Positions 24,354 to 36,761 of a stretch of DNA of 52,293 bases are shown in pieces (within the stretch, counting starts at the first letter, position 1; every line of letters begins with the position of its first letter). Both the position numbers and the translations under genes were made by a program. The stretch covers positions 21,102,979 to 21,155,271 of the forward strand of contig NC_057719.1 in assembly GCF_004010195.1 (NCBI RefSeq), written 5' to 3'. Source of the DNA: Chiloscyllium plagiosum. Its lineage: Eukaryota. The notes below the pieces were generated by a model. The model saw only the letters and a program-made list of their open reading frames with translations. It had not been told where the DNA came from and ran no database searches.

Positions 24354-25165
24354 TAAGTAATTGCGTGATCAGTAGGTTTGAGTGCAATGTAATGGGTAAA
24401 ACATTCAGGTTAATATTAGTAGCAGCGTTCTCTCCTTGTATCATCTCTCTTGGCAAATGATAACAGTGGGGATGATCTCCAGCATTTGTACAAAAAAAAC
24501 TTTTTAGTTGCATATCTTTACTAGTTCTTTCCAAGGCATCCAGGTTTTGTGGCAGATCCAGGTTTAAATCTAGGTCAGTCGAATCTCCAAGTGTCATATG
24601 ATTGATAGCACTAATTACTTTCATTGTTGCCACCCAGCAGATCATCGCTGCATCTCATCCTGGGGCTGGAAATGGAATAGGCTGGCCCCATTGGAAGTGC
24701 CCCTTTTCTTCATAACACACAGGTGAATCCAGTCTTCCTCAATACTATTTGATTCAGGTTCTCTGAAATCATGCAATGGCACTACATGCTGCACAATGCC
24801 ACTAATGAGGTCCTTGCCTCCAGACCTTTGTCGTTAAATAACTCACTTCTGTGAACTGTTTTCTCCAGCTGCCTCCAGCTACCAATTCAAAACACTGGTG
24901 CGAACACCTATGTCCAGTTGGCTATCCTACAATAAAATTAATTGGAAACTGAGTCTGTTAGTAGTCTGATATCCTAATGAATGGACTATTGTGCTGTGTG
25001 AGGTTCAGAATTCTGAGAATGCCCAGTATTGGCTAATTGGAGGTCGCTTCAAGAATCGTGATAATTTGAGTGGCTAAAAGGACAACCCAATTTCCTGTGA
25101 TTTGACTTGCTCGAGACCATGTACAGGCTGCTCCTCTTGAGTAGATGGAACAATATCAAAGACCT

Positions 25166-25281
25166 AGGAGAAAGTGAGGACTGCAGATGCTGGAGATCAG
25201 AGCTGAAAAATGTGTTGCTGGAAAAGCGCAGCAGGTTAGGCAGCATCAAAGGAGCAAGAGAATCAACGTTTCTTCAGGAAT
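25166..25281 (-). mobile_element. Family A element with hammerhead stem II deleted
   Basis: Minus strand attcctgaagaaacgttgattctc...cactttctcc. Confidence 0.85.
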
Positions 25282-25282
25282 T

Positions 25283-25485
25283 ACCTTGTTAAAATGACAG
25301 CATCATCACATAAGTAATTGTGTGATCAGCAAGTTTGAGTGCAATGTAATGGGTAAAACATTCAGGTTAATATTAGTAGCAGCGTTCTCTTCTTGTATCA
25401 TCTCTCTGGGTAAATGATAAGAGTGGGGATGATCTCCAGCATTTGTACAAAAAGAAACTTTTTAGTTGCATATCTGTACTAGTTC
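25283..25485 (+). repeat. ~200-bp direct copy of 24326-24527
   Basis: Aligns end to end with about ten differences counted by eye. Confidence 0.92.
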
Positions 25486-25709
25486 AAAGACCTCTTTGCT
25501 CCCAAACCTCCAAATATGTTGTTCACATCAGTCACCATAAATGCATTCCAAGGATGTCTGGATGTCTCTTACCAGGGTTGAGCCTAATATCATGCGTATT
25601 CTCAACTTCCTTACTTCCAGTGAATTATCTATTGGGTACCAATTGATAAAACTAAGAGAAGACCCAGATTATGAAAAGTGTGATTGTAGACACATAGAAA
25701 GAGCTTGAT

Positions 25710-25982
25710 TCTAGATTAGAGTGGTGCTGGGAAAGCACAGCAGTTCAGACAGCATCCGAGGAGCAGGGGAATTGACGTTTCAGGCAAAAGCCCTTCATCA
25801 GGAATATCCTGATGAAGGGCTTTTGCCTGAAAGGTCGATTTCCCTGCTTCTCGGATGCTGCCTGAACTGCTAAAGGTCGATTTCCCTGCTTCTCGGATGC
25901 TGCCTGAACTGCTGTGCTTTCCCAGCACCACTTTAATCTAGAATCTGGTTTCCAGCACCTGCAGTCCTTGTTTTTACCCAAG
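25710..25982. mobile_element. Family A inverted pair with internal 42-bp tandem duplication
   Basis: Centre cccttcatcaggaatatcctgatgaaggg; TSD aagagcttgat at 25699-25709 and 25983-25993; unit 25830-25871 repeated at 25872-25913. Confidence 0.9.
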
Positions 25983-26104
25983 AAGAGCTTGATGCATGCC
26001 TTGTAAGGAATGTACAGCCCTGCAAAGTTACAGACCCAATCATCTCAAACCTCTCCATCTCAACAAAAAACCTGGTGAACGATAGTTGACATCTTTCTTC
26101 TTAT

Positions 26105-26255
26105 GCTGAAAATGTGTTGCTGGAAAAGCGCAGAAGAAGGGCTTATGCCCGAAACGTCGATTCTCCTGTTCCCTGGATGCTGCCTGACCTGCTGCGCTTT
26201 TCCAGCAACACATTTTCAGCTCTGATCTCCAGCATCTGCAGACCTCACTTTCTCC
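26105..26255 (+). mobile_element. Family A element with a short inverted left arm
   Basis: 26105-26133 is the reverse complement of ~26192-26220; TSD atctttMttcttatg at 26091-26105 and 26256-26270. Confidence 0.9.
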
Positions 26256-26599
26256 ATCTTTATTCTTATGTCAATTAGGCATGCCCCCTTCTACCTTGCC
26301 AAATCTCATTCTAACATAATGCAAGTACCTATTCTAATACTTAAGAACTTTGCTACTCCCCTCACACAGGCTATTGGTGGGAGATCCCCACTAACTTGGT
26401 AAGAAAGTAAGACTTCATTGTTGCTGCATCAAGATCCTAAAACTCTCCATGTAAGCGAATCTCTGGAGTACAGAATGACAGACGGCTGTTTTTGAGAAGA
26501 CAATGTTTTGTGACATGGTGGTCAACATTGTGTTAAATATCTCCTGACATGGCTCAGGAACACCTCTCAGGTTATATTTGGCAGATATATCTGACATTT

Positions 26600-27262
26600 C
26601 CATTTGCTGCAGAGGAGAACTGTAGACTGAGAAGGTGCACGATCCAATGAGTTATTATTTCTGTGTCTTCTTCTCAGGCAGCTGAGCTTTTTATTTTCTG
26701 CTCAGTTCTTCCAAAGCTTTTCCAAACAAACAGCGACCAGAAACCAGCTGTCAATTGTAGGCACTCTTATAACTTTATGGTAGGTCCCAGGAAGTTGTTA
26801 CCTAGTGGGCAGTTCACTCGATGAAAAGTCTTTGTAAATATGGCTATCATCCATTCGAAGGGCATTTCTGAGTTTATGGCCTAACAATGAGTGTGTGCTG
26901 ATGGAGACTATTTCCTGACAAGAGATGTCTGAGACAGCAATGGTTAATACTGCTCAGTCTTTTCTTCTGTCTCAAATATGTGGTATCCAGTTCTCGCCAT
27001 TGTAAAGTGGTACACTGAGGACACAGTTTGACTTTCTCAGTTGGGCTACTCTTATTCAGCTTGAACGTAACAACTGAGACTGTTCCAATACGTGCGGTGA
27101 TTTCAGCATCAAGTGCCAGTTTACTGGTAATGGTGGAGTCTGGCTATGTGAAGCTGTCAATAGCTCAAGTGACACCCTGAATGATGACTGACGATGGGTG
27201 GCAACATTCTGGATAATGACATTTCACTTTTTGCTGCTGATGTCCAAACCAAGTTCTTTAAA
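26600..27262 (-). mobile_element. RTE-clade LINE remnant (RT C-terminal region)
   Basis: Degenerate translation KELGLDISSKK...DSFT.PDSTITSKLALDAEITARIG...RMDDSHIYKD resembles RTE FGLTIS.KKT / YLGSTIS...D.EI..RI / RMDD.RIPK motifs. Confidence 0.7.
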
Positions 27263-28629
27263 GAATTAAGAAAGTATGACCATTTGCTATGGAAGATTTT
27301 CCTTGGTATAAAATGCTAGTACCATATAACAGTATCAATACAGAACAACTCTCTAGTGAAGACTTGACACAATTTTCTCTTGGTGCTTAGTGAGCAAATC
27401 TGAACAGCTTTCCTCCAGTCTTGAAGGCACAAGAAATCCACAGGTTCAGTATGTGGCTCATCAGTGATGGGTGATAAATGCAGCTCTTACTATCAACACC
27501 CTCATCCCCAGTTTGAATAATACTCATTTTAATTAACTACTTATGGTCTGGTGTTAATTTGTTGCACATTAGTCAGGATGTCCGAATACACACTTTTACA
27601 TGCGTGTTATAGTCCAGTGTCATGGAGAGTAGAGACTCCAACAATCTGTTGATCATGTGGCTGATCAGGAATCTCTCCCATTCTTACTGGCTGCCATTGA
27701 CATGTGTTGGAAGGACCTGTAGTTTGATGTCTACTTGCTTGGCTGCTTTTTGAGTGCATCTTCCTTGGTCATCAAGCCCTATGGTAGGGTGCATGCTTCG
27801 AGCTTCTGATGCTACCTACTGCAAAACAAGAATTATGGTTTGACTCTCATGTAATTAGAAAATGGCACACAGCATGTGAAAAATAGCAGCACCACATAAA
27901 TTATGTACTTTAGATTACAGAAATTCTCAGCGCTTGACTGTACATTACTATGCATCATGCAAATTATCACTATAAATGGAGAAAGACTGATAAAAAGCAA
28001 AAACAATTAGAGACAACAGAACTTTCATTTTACCCTCTTGAGAACAATTGTTCCATTTTTGTCTGGAGACTGTCTGCATCATCCACGGCTGAATTGACAG
28101 ATCAAAGTTATTAAATCCTGTGAACACATTGCCAAAGGCATAGGCACCTGTAATGAGGAACTCAAGGTTCTGTAGAAAAAATGTCCCTCTACAATTTTTA
28201 AATATCTACAGTACATAGGAACGCAGCAGAAATGCTTACATTTTGCACATATTAGAAAACAAGTCACAATAATATCATAAAAGCTTTCGTACGTTCTCAA
28301 AGAAAAAAAATGCAGTAATCCTTCCAATGATCCTTTTGTAACACAGACAGACTGGCTGTCTGCTGAATAAATAACATCTCATCTATCTCAGAGGAGATTT
28401 ATATATGCCAAATGATGCATAAGTCAACATTGCAGAAATGAGTCGAAGTAGAATGAGTTTTACAAAAGGACAAGCATCTAGGATATCATCAAAGTCACAC
28501 AATGACTCGAATGCGATGTTCAGTGAACGGCTGAATGACACCAGTTATTTCTTAAACTGGCACTGGTCCACAAACCATCTGTAAGCTTTTGCTATGAATG
28601 GAACCATATGAGGATATTCTCACTGACAT

Positions 28630-28990
28630 AGAAGGGAGCTGGAGGATAACACTGGCAACAGTTTCAAAGACTGCAACAGACCAAGAAGTATAAGCGAGTC
28701 GAATGTACTATTGTCATAATTGAAAAGGTGACTTTATGGGCCACTAGAGTAATGTAGTAGAGGAAGAACTCTGAATGAGGTGCTTCAAATAAGGATTTTC
28801 TGAAAGATGGGCAAAGGTTTGGGAGTCAACAACATCTTCCAGGATTTTTGGAAGGTAAATGAGGTTAAGTCTGGAGGAATAAGTGGTAAGGACAGAGTGA
28901 AAGGAGAGTAGTATAGATTTGAAGGGGAGTTGGACATTCCTAAGGGAAACATTAACAATATCAGTTAATGTGAGGAACATCAAAGGAAGC
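28630..28990 (-). mobile_element. L2-clade LINE RT remnant
   Basis: NLIYLPKILEDVVDSQTFAHLSEN and AVFETV resemble L2 NLPFLSKILE.VV..Q...HL and AAFDTV. Confidence 0.6.
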
Positions 28991-29071
28991 TGGCTATTCA
29001 GTAGTTAGGTGGTAAGAAATTCAAGAGAGCAAGAGTTGAGGCAAGATAAGCTCAGAGAAGGATAAGCAAAG

Positions 29072-29222
29072 ATTTTAAATTCATTCTTGGGACATGGGTG
29101 ACACTGGCTGGCCATCGTTTATTGACTGTCCCTAGTTGCCCTTGAGAAGGTGGTGGTGAGCTGCCTTCTTAAACTGCTGCAGTCCACCTGCTGTGGGTTG
29201 ACCCACAAGGCCCTTAGGTAGG
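29072..29222 (-). mobile_element. CR1/L2-group LINE 3' tail
   Basis: Minus strand gcagcagtttaagaaggcagctcaccaccaccttctcaagggcaactaggg...cccaagaatgaattt; weaker copies near 770-870, 4030-4480, 7490-7655 and 27400-27520. Confidence 0.6.
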
Positions 29223-29225
29223 ACA

Positions 29226-29713
29226 CCTGTGTGGTGTACATCAATGACCTGGTGATTTTTAGTCACTCATGGAAGGAACATTTATAACATTTATCGGACT
29301 TGTTCGATTGACTTTGGAAGGCAGGCTTGGTGGTAACCCTGGCTAAAAGTGAATTTGCCAAAGCTCAAGTCACCTTCCTGGGCCATGTTATTTGACATGG
29401 ACAAACGGCCCCACGGGATGTGAAAACAAAAGTAATTGGGGAATTTCCCATACCATCGACAAGAAGAGCAGTGCCACTGGGATTGAGTGGATTTTTGCAA
29501 AGGTTTGTGCCAAATTTTAGCAGGGTGGCTGCTTTACTCACTGAATTGCTAAAAGGACAGCAAGATGCATCAGTGGGCAGCGGACTGGCAGAAAGCATTT
29601 GACAGCCTGAAGACTATGTTAATTACTGCCCCAGTATTGCCACACCTGATTACGCAAAGCCTTTCAAGGTGGCTATCGTCGCCAGTGATGTGGGTGTCGG
29701 TGCAATGCTCCTG
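29226..29713 (+). pseudogene. pol: Gmr1-like gypsy pol fragment (RT to RNase H), host copy, left part
   Basis: CVVYINDLVIFSHSWKEH..., AKSEFAKAQVTFLGHV, ..ASDVGVGAMLL; continues as QEDDEKIKRSIGYFSRKL after 36255. Confidence 0.9.
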
Positions 29714-30651
29714 TGTTATGGACAAGGCCAGACCATTCAAAACATTCTTAAGCAGGCAGCCCAGACCATAACTTTGCAATTGGTTTTGTAGATCGGCATG
29801 GTGGCTCAATGGTTAGCACTGCTGTCTTATAGCACCAGGGTCCCAGGTTCAATCCCAGCCTCAGGCGACGTCTTTGTGGAGTTTGCACATTCTTTCCGTG
29901 TCTGCGTGGGTTTCCTCTGGGTGCTCTGGTTTCCTCCCACAGTAGAAAGGATATGCAGGGCAGGTAAATTGGCCATGCTAAATTTCCCATAGTGCTAGGT
30001 GCATTAGTCAGAGGGAAATGGATCTGGGTGGGTTACTCTTCAGAGGGCCGATGTGGACTTGTTGGGTTGAAGGGCCTGTTTCTACACTTTAGGGAATTTA
30101 ATCTAATCTAAAAAGTGTTCAGAGAAAATTACCTGGATTAAGTTAGCAAGGCTGACTACCAGGTTAAAAAAAAAACGTTATTCACAGAATTACACGAAGA
30201 ACGGAATACAGAACTCAGTCTCTCTAAACTAGACTTAAGTATACTGTTCCAAATTTCACAACAGTCCCAATAAGCAAACCCCTTTTAAAACACGGTAGAA
30301 TAAAAAAGGTTCAGATGCTTACAGGTTGATGTTAGAAGGGCAGAAGAGAGAGTTTCCACACAGCTCACTGTTGAACTCCCAACCAGTTGTGGACTGAACT
30401 AAACTGCTTAGCTCGAGAGCTGACCACTCCCCTTTCATTCTACAGATCACTTCTAAAACATGACCACTTTGGCCTGAAGTGTCATCTGTTTACATATAAA
30501 CAAAGCGGCCTCTCAATACCCTTTAATCTCTGTACCAAACCAGTCTAATCGTAGCCAGCCTGGTTTATTACCCCTCTGAAAAAAATCAAGAACAGAGTAT
30601 ACTTGAGTCAAGGAACAGCTTTTAGCAAAAAAAGGGACTAGCTTTGTGATA
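29714..30651 (-). repeat. 3' LTR (contains an HE1 SINE)
   Basis: tgttatggacaaggccagacc...tttgtgata; homologous to 35276-36251. Confidence 0.9.
29794..30111 (+). mobile_element. HE1-like SINE inside the 3' LTR
   Basis: Full head and (atcta)n tail; absent from the 5' LTR. Confidence 0.92.
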
Positions 30652-30819
30652 CCTCCCCCCTTAAAAAAAACCATCAATACCAAAAGATGGCTTCATTTTT
30701 AACCCTTCAAAAACCCTGTTAGTAGTCTAAACACACATATACACTATACCAACTATAAACATGCAGACGTGCACAACCACATGCAAATTCAGGCCATGGT
30801 TCACCCAACTCCGAACATT

Positions 30820-32195
30820 TGAGTCTCGATAACGCATCAGCAATCACGTTTTTGCGACCTGCCACATACACAATTGTCAAATTGAATGGCTGCAACAACG
30901 AGCTCCATCTAAACAATCTGATGTTTTTGTTCTTATATTTTTCCACCAATGTCAATGGCTTATGATCAGTGTATATGATTGTCTCAGATGCATTGCTGGT
31001 AATACACACACAGAAATGGTGTAATGCCAACACCAAGTTTAAAGCCTGTTGCTCCACTGTTGAATATTTCTGTTGATGAATGTTCAACTTTCTGGCAAAA
31101 TACCCGATGGGTCTTTCTATCCTTTCGTCATCCTCCTGCAGGAGCACTGCATCAACACCCACATCACTGGCTTCGATGGCCACCTTGAAAGGCTTTGTGT
31201 AATTTGGTGTGGCTAAAACTGCGGCAGTGGTTAACACAGCTTTCAGGTTGTCAAATGCCTTTTGACAGTCCGCTGTCCACTGAAACTTCTTACTCTTTTT
31301 TTAACAATTCAGTGAGTGGAGCAGCCACACTGCTAAAGTTCGGCACAAACGTTTGGTAAAGTCCAATTATGCCTGAAACGTCGATTCTCCTGCTCCTTTG
31401 ATGCTGCCTGACCTGCTGCGTTTTTCCAGCAACGCATTTTTAAGCTCTGATCTCCAGCATCTGCAGTCCTCACTTTCTCCTAAAATCCATTCAACCCAAG
31501 GAACCATTGTGCTGCATTTTTCGTCGATGGTGTGGGAAATTCCCCAATTACTTTCGTTTTTGCATCTCGTGGGGCCATTTGTCCATGTCCAATAACATGG
31601 CAGAGAAGGTGACTTGAGCTTTGGCAAATTCACTTTTAGCTAGGTTTACCACCAAGCCTGCCTTCTGAAGTCAATCGAACAAGTCCGATAAATGTTTTAA
31701 ATGTTCCTTCCACAAGTGACTAAAAATCACCAGGTCATCAATGTACACCACACAGTTGGGTAATCCGGCAATGACTTTATTAGTCAGTCTCTGAAATGTG
31801 GTTGGAGTGTTTTTCATACCAAATGGCATGACTATGAACTGATATAGTCTATTTGGCGTTACAAAGGCTGAAATTGCCTTTGCTCACTCTGACTGAGGTA
31901 CTTGCCAATAGCCTCTGAGCAAGTCCAACTTAGAAATGTAAGCTGCCTGTCCGACGTTTTCGACACAGCCTTCCAACTGTGGAATTGGATATGCATCAGT
32001 CTGTGTAATAGCGTTGATGTTGTGATATCCACACATAACCATTGGTAACATCTGGCTTTGGCACCATGACTATGGATGAGCTCCAGTCACTGTAACTCAC
32101 TTCGATTATGTCATTTTGGAGCATGCGCTCTATCCCCTTCTGAACCTGTGCCAACTTTAGAGGGTTATGCCTATAAGGATGTTGTGTAAGCATCT
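30820..32195 (-). pseudogene. pol: Gypsy-type reverse transcriptase and RNase H, frameshifted
   Basis: QHPYR..., WSSSIVMVPKPD, YIDD at 31734-31745, EASDVGV, YTDHKPL, NVIADALSR. Confidence 0.93.
31367..31480 (+). mobile_element. 5'-truncated family A element inside pol
   Basis: ttatgcctgaaacgtcgattctcc...cactttctcc; flanks taaagtcca / taaaatcca. Confidence 0.85.
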
Positions 32196-32429
32196 CCTAT
32201 CTCTACATCATGCACAATTAGGTTAGTACTTCCCAGTTTATTTCCGCATATCTCCCCCTGTGATAGTAATAACTCTTTCAGGTCACTTTGATCTTTTTGT
32301 GGAAGTTAACTCAATAATTTATCCCAATTTTTGACAACTTCCTCATTGTCTAATTTGATTTGAGGAATGTCCAATTCAGAATCGTCTGAACTTGTAATCA
32401 TTAACACCTTCTCCTCTTGCTTTCCTTCC

Positions 32430-33500
32430 CTATCTAAATACCTTTTGAGCATTTTCACAGACACAAATCTGTGAGATTTCTTCCTGTCTGGAGTCGTTTA
32501 TCAAATAGTTTACCTCACTCAATTTTCTCTTGATTTGATAAGGTCCACTAAACCTTGCTTTTAAAGGCTCACCTGTTACTGGAGGTAACAGCAATACCTT
32601 ATTCCCAATTGCAAAATTGTGAATCTGTGATCTCTTATCCGCTTCCTGTTTCATTGTTTGCTGTGATATTTTTAAATGCTATCTCGCCAACTCTTCAGCT
32701 CTACTTAATCGTTCTCTAAAGTTTGACACATCGTCCAAATGGGTGGTCTCTAAATTCTGATTTATTAATTTCTCTTTAATCAATTTTAACAGTCCTCTTA
32801 CTTCATGGCCAAAAAAATAATTCAAATGGACTGAATTTGGTCGATTCATTGGGTGCACCTCTGATTGCAAAAAGTACTAACGGAATTCCTTATCCCAATC
32901 ACTTGGATAATCCTAATCATCAGCCCGCAACACGGTCTTTAGTGTTTGATACCATCTCTCTAGTGCTCCCTGCGATTCCAGGTGGTAAGCAGTAGATTTG
33001 AATTGCTTTATTCCCATGTTATCCATAACCTCCTTGAATAGTTTAGATGTGAAGTTTGATCCTTGATCTGACTGGATCTCTATTGGCAGGCCGTATCTCG
33101 CAAAAGATTTAAATAATTCTTCTACAACCCCTTTTGCTGTGATGTTACAAAATAGGATTGCCTCTGGAAATCTAGTTGACACAGCCACTATTATCAATAA
33201 ATACTTATTCCATTTTTTGTTTGAGGTAGGGGACCTACGCAATCAATCAAGTCTCTTGTGAAAGGTTCCTCAAATGTTGGAATAGGTATTAAAGGTGCAG
33301 GTTTTATTACTGCCTGTGGTTTTCTGATTTGCTGACACGTATGACTCATCTGACAAATTTTAGCTACATCTTTGTGTAATCCAGGCCAGTAAAAATGTCT
33401 TGTTTTTTTGCCTGTGTTTTCCTCACCTCTAAATGACCTCCAAGTGGGAGCTCAAACACCACTTGCAGCATCTACTTTCTATACCCTACTGGCAAAACAA
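32430..33500 (-). pseudogene. pol: Integrase (zinc-binding region, DDE core, GPY/F), frameshifted
   Basis: HFYWPGLHKDVAKICQMSHTCQ; STRFPEAI; YGLPIEIQSDQGSNFTS; ESQGALERWYQTLK; ARFSGPYQI. Confidence 0.93.
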
Positions 33501-33899
33501 TTTGATGAATCTCTACTCATTTCTCATCTGCTTGAATGTGTGATGGCCTCCATTTCCTCATTAAGACCTCACTTGTTAAGTAATAACACACAGGGATGCA
33601 TTCACTCTCCTTCTCTGTAAATGCCCCTTGCTACAACTGTTTTAACACCTCATCTTTCTGCTATAATTCAATCAGCTTAGCAGAGCTAAAGATACTTGCA
33701 TGTTTATCTATTTGCTCCTTTTCTGTACCACTTATCTGATTTAAAAAAAGTATTGGATAACACTATGTCAGCTTCTTTATTTGTGCCTTTCGATCCCTCC
33801 TGCAACAGCTTGTGCCTCTGTGATCTTGTGATCACACAATCAGGGAAAATTCCTGGATAAACATTCTCCATGTCTTCAGTTGCCTGTGTCACCACTGGC

Positions 33900-34200
33900 T
33901 TTTCAACTAGAGTAGGCAGCATGCCTATGGTGAATCAGCTGTATCATTTGCAAGGACAAATTGTCTTCCTGGACCTGAGAGTTTGTTCAGTACTCTGACC
34001 ACAAATTCGCCACTATTCTCTGGAGTCTCTCGCCTCACTTTATATAATTGAGTGTTTTTTGTCTCACCATGAATTCCTGTTACCTTTACCTTTTCTGGCA
34101 ATAGACCCTGAGGAGTACATGTCTCCTCATCCTTCAGCATTACCGACTGAGAAGATCCTGTGTCCCTTCATATTGTAACATCTTTACCTACTACTCATCG
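33900..34200 (-). pseudogene. pol: Aspartic protease region
   Basis: RDTGSSQSVML, with DTG at 34156-34164. Confidence 0.8.
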
Positions 34201-35177
34201 ACCATGGGAATAATCTTTACCCTTGCATGTATATTGTTTAAGCAGATCTAGCATTTGCTCCTTTATCAACCTCTGAACATCTTGTACACTCTGATGCAGT
34301 TGTCGAACTTCCCTTGCAATTTTCATTAGTAGTCCAACAAAACTTCCAGGCTTGCCCGATTTTCCTACATCTGGCTTTCTCCAAGCCCACCAACACTGCG
34401 ATTTTGTGTGGCCCAAATTATTACAATGAAAATACCGTCGCTTTATAGCTTCTTTATTCCCCCTCAAGGGTTTCTTTTTTACCCTGTGGTAAGTTATTCT
34501 TGTGATGTTCACTGAGATCTATCTTTCCCTTCCCACGTGAGGATTTCTCTTTGCCCCAATTTCTATTCCGCATGGACTGAAATCGATTCTGGAAGCCAAA
34601 CCAAGTTTTATGGACCAGCTCATAATCATCGGCCTCTTCAGCTACTAACCTTGCTGTTTTAACTCTCTGTTCTCCCGCATGAATTTGCATTACTTCCTTG
34701 CAAAGGTTACCTTCAGCCTTTATCTCCAGCCCTTTAAGCCGACTTTCCTTTTTAAGTGTCAGTTTTTGAAGTTCAACACTTCTCTCTTTTTTTTCTCCGC
34801 GCTCTCTTTATCCCTTTCTTCTGCTGCTCTCTCTTTTTTCCCCTCTGTTCTGCTGCTCTCTCTGTTTCCCTCTCTTCTGCTTTTAAGCAAAACCCAAACT
34901 GTTTCATTTCTGCTGCCTTTTCCTTATATCTTGCCTCTAACTCAAGCTGCTTCATTTGCAATTGAATTCTTGCCATCTCTACAGATTCTAATGGTTTCTC
35001 CAGCAAGTTCAAATGCTGAGTTACTGCTGTAATTATCTCTCCTTTCCTCACAGAAGCAGGCAGTTCCAATTCCAGCTTCTCTGCTAATTCCTGCAGCTTG
35101 GTCTTATTTACTTTTTGCAAAACTTCCAAAGTCATCGCATCCACATCCAGAAAACCTTTGGTGACTGAAAGAGCCAT
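34200..35177 (-). pseudogene. gag: gag, decayed
   Basis: MALSVTKGFLDV...; charged coiled-coil; EQRVKTARLVAEEADDY; zinc knuckle (Y)FHCNNLGHTKSQC. Confidence 0.85.
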
Positions 35178-35254
35178 TATTATCCCAAGTTGCGACGACC
35201 CAACCAAACCAACACCCAAAATGAAGACACTAGCAACTACCACTTGCTGTTTAA

Positions 35255-35272
35255 AATCCCAGGCAAGCCCCA
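35255..35272 (-). promoter_or_regulatory. Primer-binding site, tRNA-Pro-like
   Basis: TGGGGCTTGCCTGGGATT 3 nt inside the 5' LTR; resembles canonical PBS-Pro TGGGGGCTCGTCCGGGAT. Confidence 0.65.
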
Positions 35273-35275
35273 ATC

Positions 35276-36251
35276 TGTTATGGACAAGGCCAGACCACTC
35301 AAAATATTCTTAAGCAGGCAGCCCAGACCATAACTTTGCAATTTGTTTTGGTAAGTGGACAGTGGAACTTACCCAAATTAAGTCAGCGAGATTGACCACC
35401 AAGTTTAAAACAGACAAAAAAATGTATTCACAAAATGACACAATGAAACACGAAGAACAGAATAAAGAACCCCTCCAGAACTCAACGAGGTAAAAACAAT
35501 GACTGCAGATGCTGGAAACCAGATTCTGGATCAGTGGTGCTGGAAGAGCACAGCAATTCAGGCAGCATCCGAGGACAGGCAAAATCGCCATTTCGGGCAA
35601 AAGCCCTTCATCAGGAATAAAGGCAGAGAGCCTGAAGCGTGGAGAGATAAGCTAGAGGAGGGTGGGGATAGAGTAGCTCTATCCCCACCCCCACCCTCCT
35701 CTAGCTTATCTCTCCATGCTTCAGGCTCTCTGCCTTTATTCCTAATGAAGGGCTTTTGCCCGAAACGTCGATTTTGCCTATCCTCGGATGCTGCCTGAAT
35801 TGCTGTGCTCTTCCAGCACCACTGATCCCCCTCCAGAACTCAGTCTATCCAAACTAGACTTAAGTATGCTGTTCTGAATAAACACAACAGTCCCAATAAA
35901 CAAACCCCCTTTAAAACACAGTACAAAAAAGAGTCAGATGCTTTCAGGTTGAAGTTAGAAGGGCAGAAGAGAGGGTTTCCACACAACTCACTGTTGAACT
36001 CCCAACCAGTTCTGGACTGAATTAAGCTGCTCAGCTCAGCGTGAGAGCTGACCACTCCCCTTTCATTCTTTAGGTCACTTCTAAAACATGACCACTTTGA
36101 TCTGAAGTCTCATCTGTTTCCACATAAACAAAGAGGCCTCTCAATACCTTTTAATGTCTATCTCAAAACTGTCTGATTGGAGCCCGGCCTGGTTTATTGC
36201 TCCCTCTGAAAAAAATTAAGGACAGAATAAAAAGGGACTAGTTTTGTGACA
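35276..36251 (-). repeat. 5' LTR (contains a family A hairpin insertion)
   Basis: tgttatggac...ttgtgaca; homologous to 29714-30651. Confidence 0.9.
35485..35827. mobile_element. Family A long inverted pair
   Basis: ~145-bp arms around ggggatagag-tag-ctctatcccc (centre ~35675); 15-bp TSD cccctccagaactca at 35470-35484 and 35828-35842; absent from the 3' LTR. Confidence 0.92.
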
Positions 36252-36580
36252 TCTGCAAGAAGACGATGAGAAGATAAAAAGATCCATTGGGTATTTCTCC
36301 AGGAAGCTGAATGTTCTTCAGCAGAAATATTCAACAGTTGAAAAGGAAGCTTTGAGCTTGGTGTTGGCATAACAACATTTTGGTGTTTACATTGCCAGCA
36401 ACGCATCTGAGACAATTGTATACACTGATTATAACTCATTGACATTTGTGGAGAAATTTAAGGACAAAAATGCCAGACTGTTTAGATAGAGCCTGTTGGT
36501 ACAGCCATTCAATTTGATGGTTGTGCATATGGCAAGTCGACCAAATTTGATTGCCAATGCATTATCGAGATTTGAATGAG
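36252..36580 (+). pseudogene. pol: RNase H of host Gmr1-like copy, right part
   Basis: QEDDEKIKRSIGYFSRKLNVLQQKYSTVEKE...YTDYNSL...NLIANALSR. Confidence 0.9.
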
Positions 36581-36761
36581 AGATGGAGGCATTCAGTGCT
36601 GGGAGAACCACAGACTAAATCTGAATGTAGTTTTGCATGCTTGCCAGTTTATAGTCAATGAATGTATATGTGTGTTTTCGGGTACTAACCACTACTTTTT
36701 AGTGTTTTGAAAAATGAAGCCATCTTAGGATATTGTGGCTCTTTTTTTTTAACAGGAGAGG

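Larger units (their letters stand above)
29714..36251 (-). mobile_element. Two-LTR Gmr1-clade Ty3/gypsy retrotransposon, decayed
   Basis: LTRs 35276-36251 (5') and 29714-30651 (3'); PBS 35255-35272; PPT 30652-30670; 4-bp TSD cctg/tctg; gag-PR-IN-RT-RH inside. Confidence 0.93.

Noticed and set aside
25710..25982. Hairpin elements as MITEs or DNA transposons
   Set aside because: Arms are asymmetric, TSD length varies from 10 to 70 bp, single-arm copies exist, and a related module is attached to a PLE ORF
26415..26603. 62-aa minus ORF after an acceptor-like site
   Set aside because: No homology recognised, and the acceptor lies at the edge of an RTE remnant
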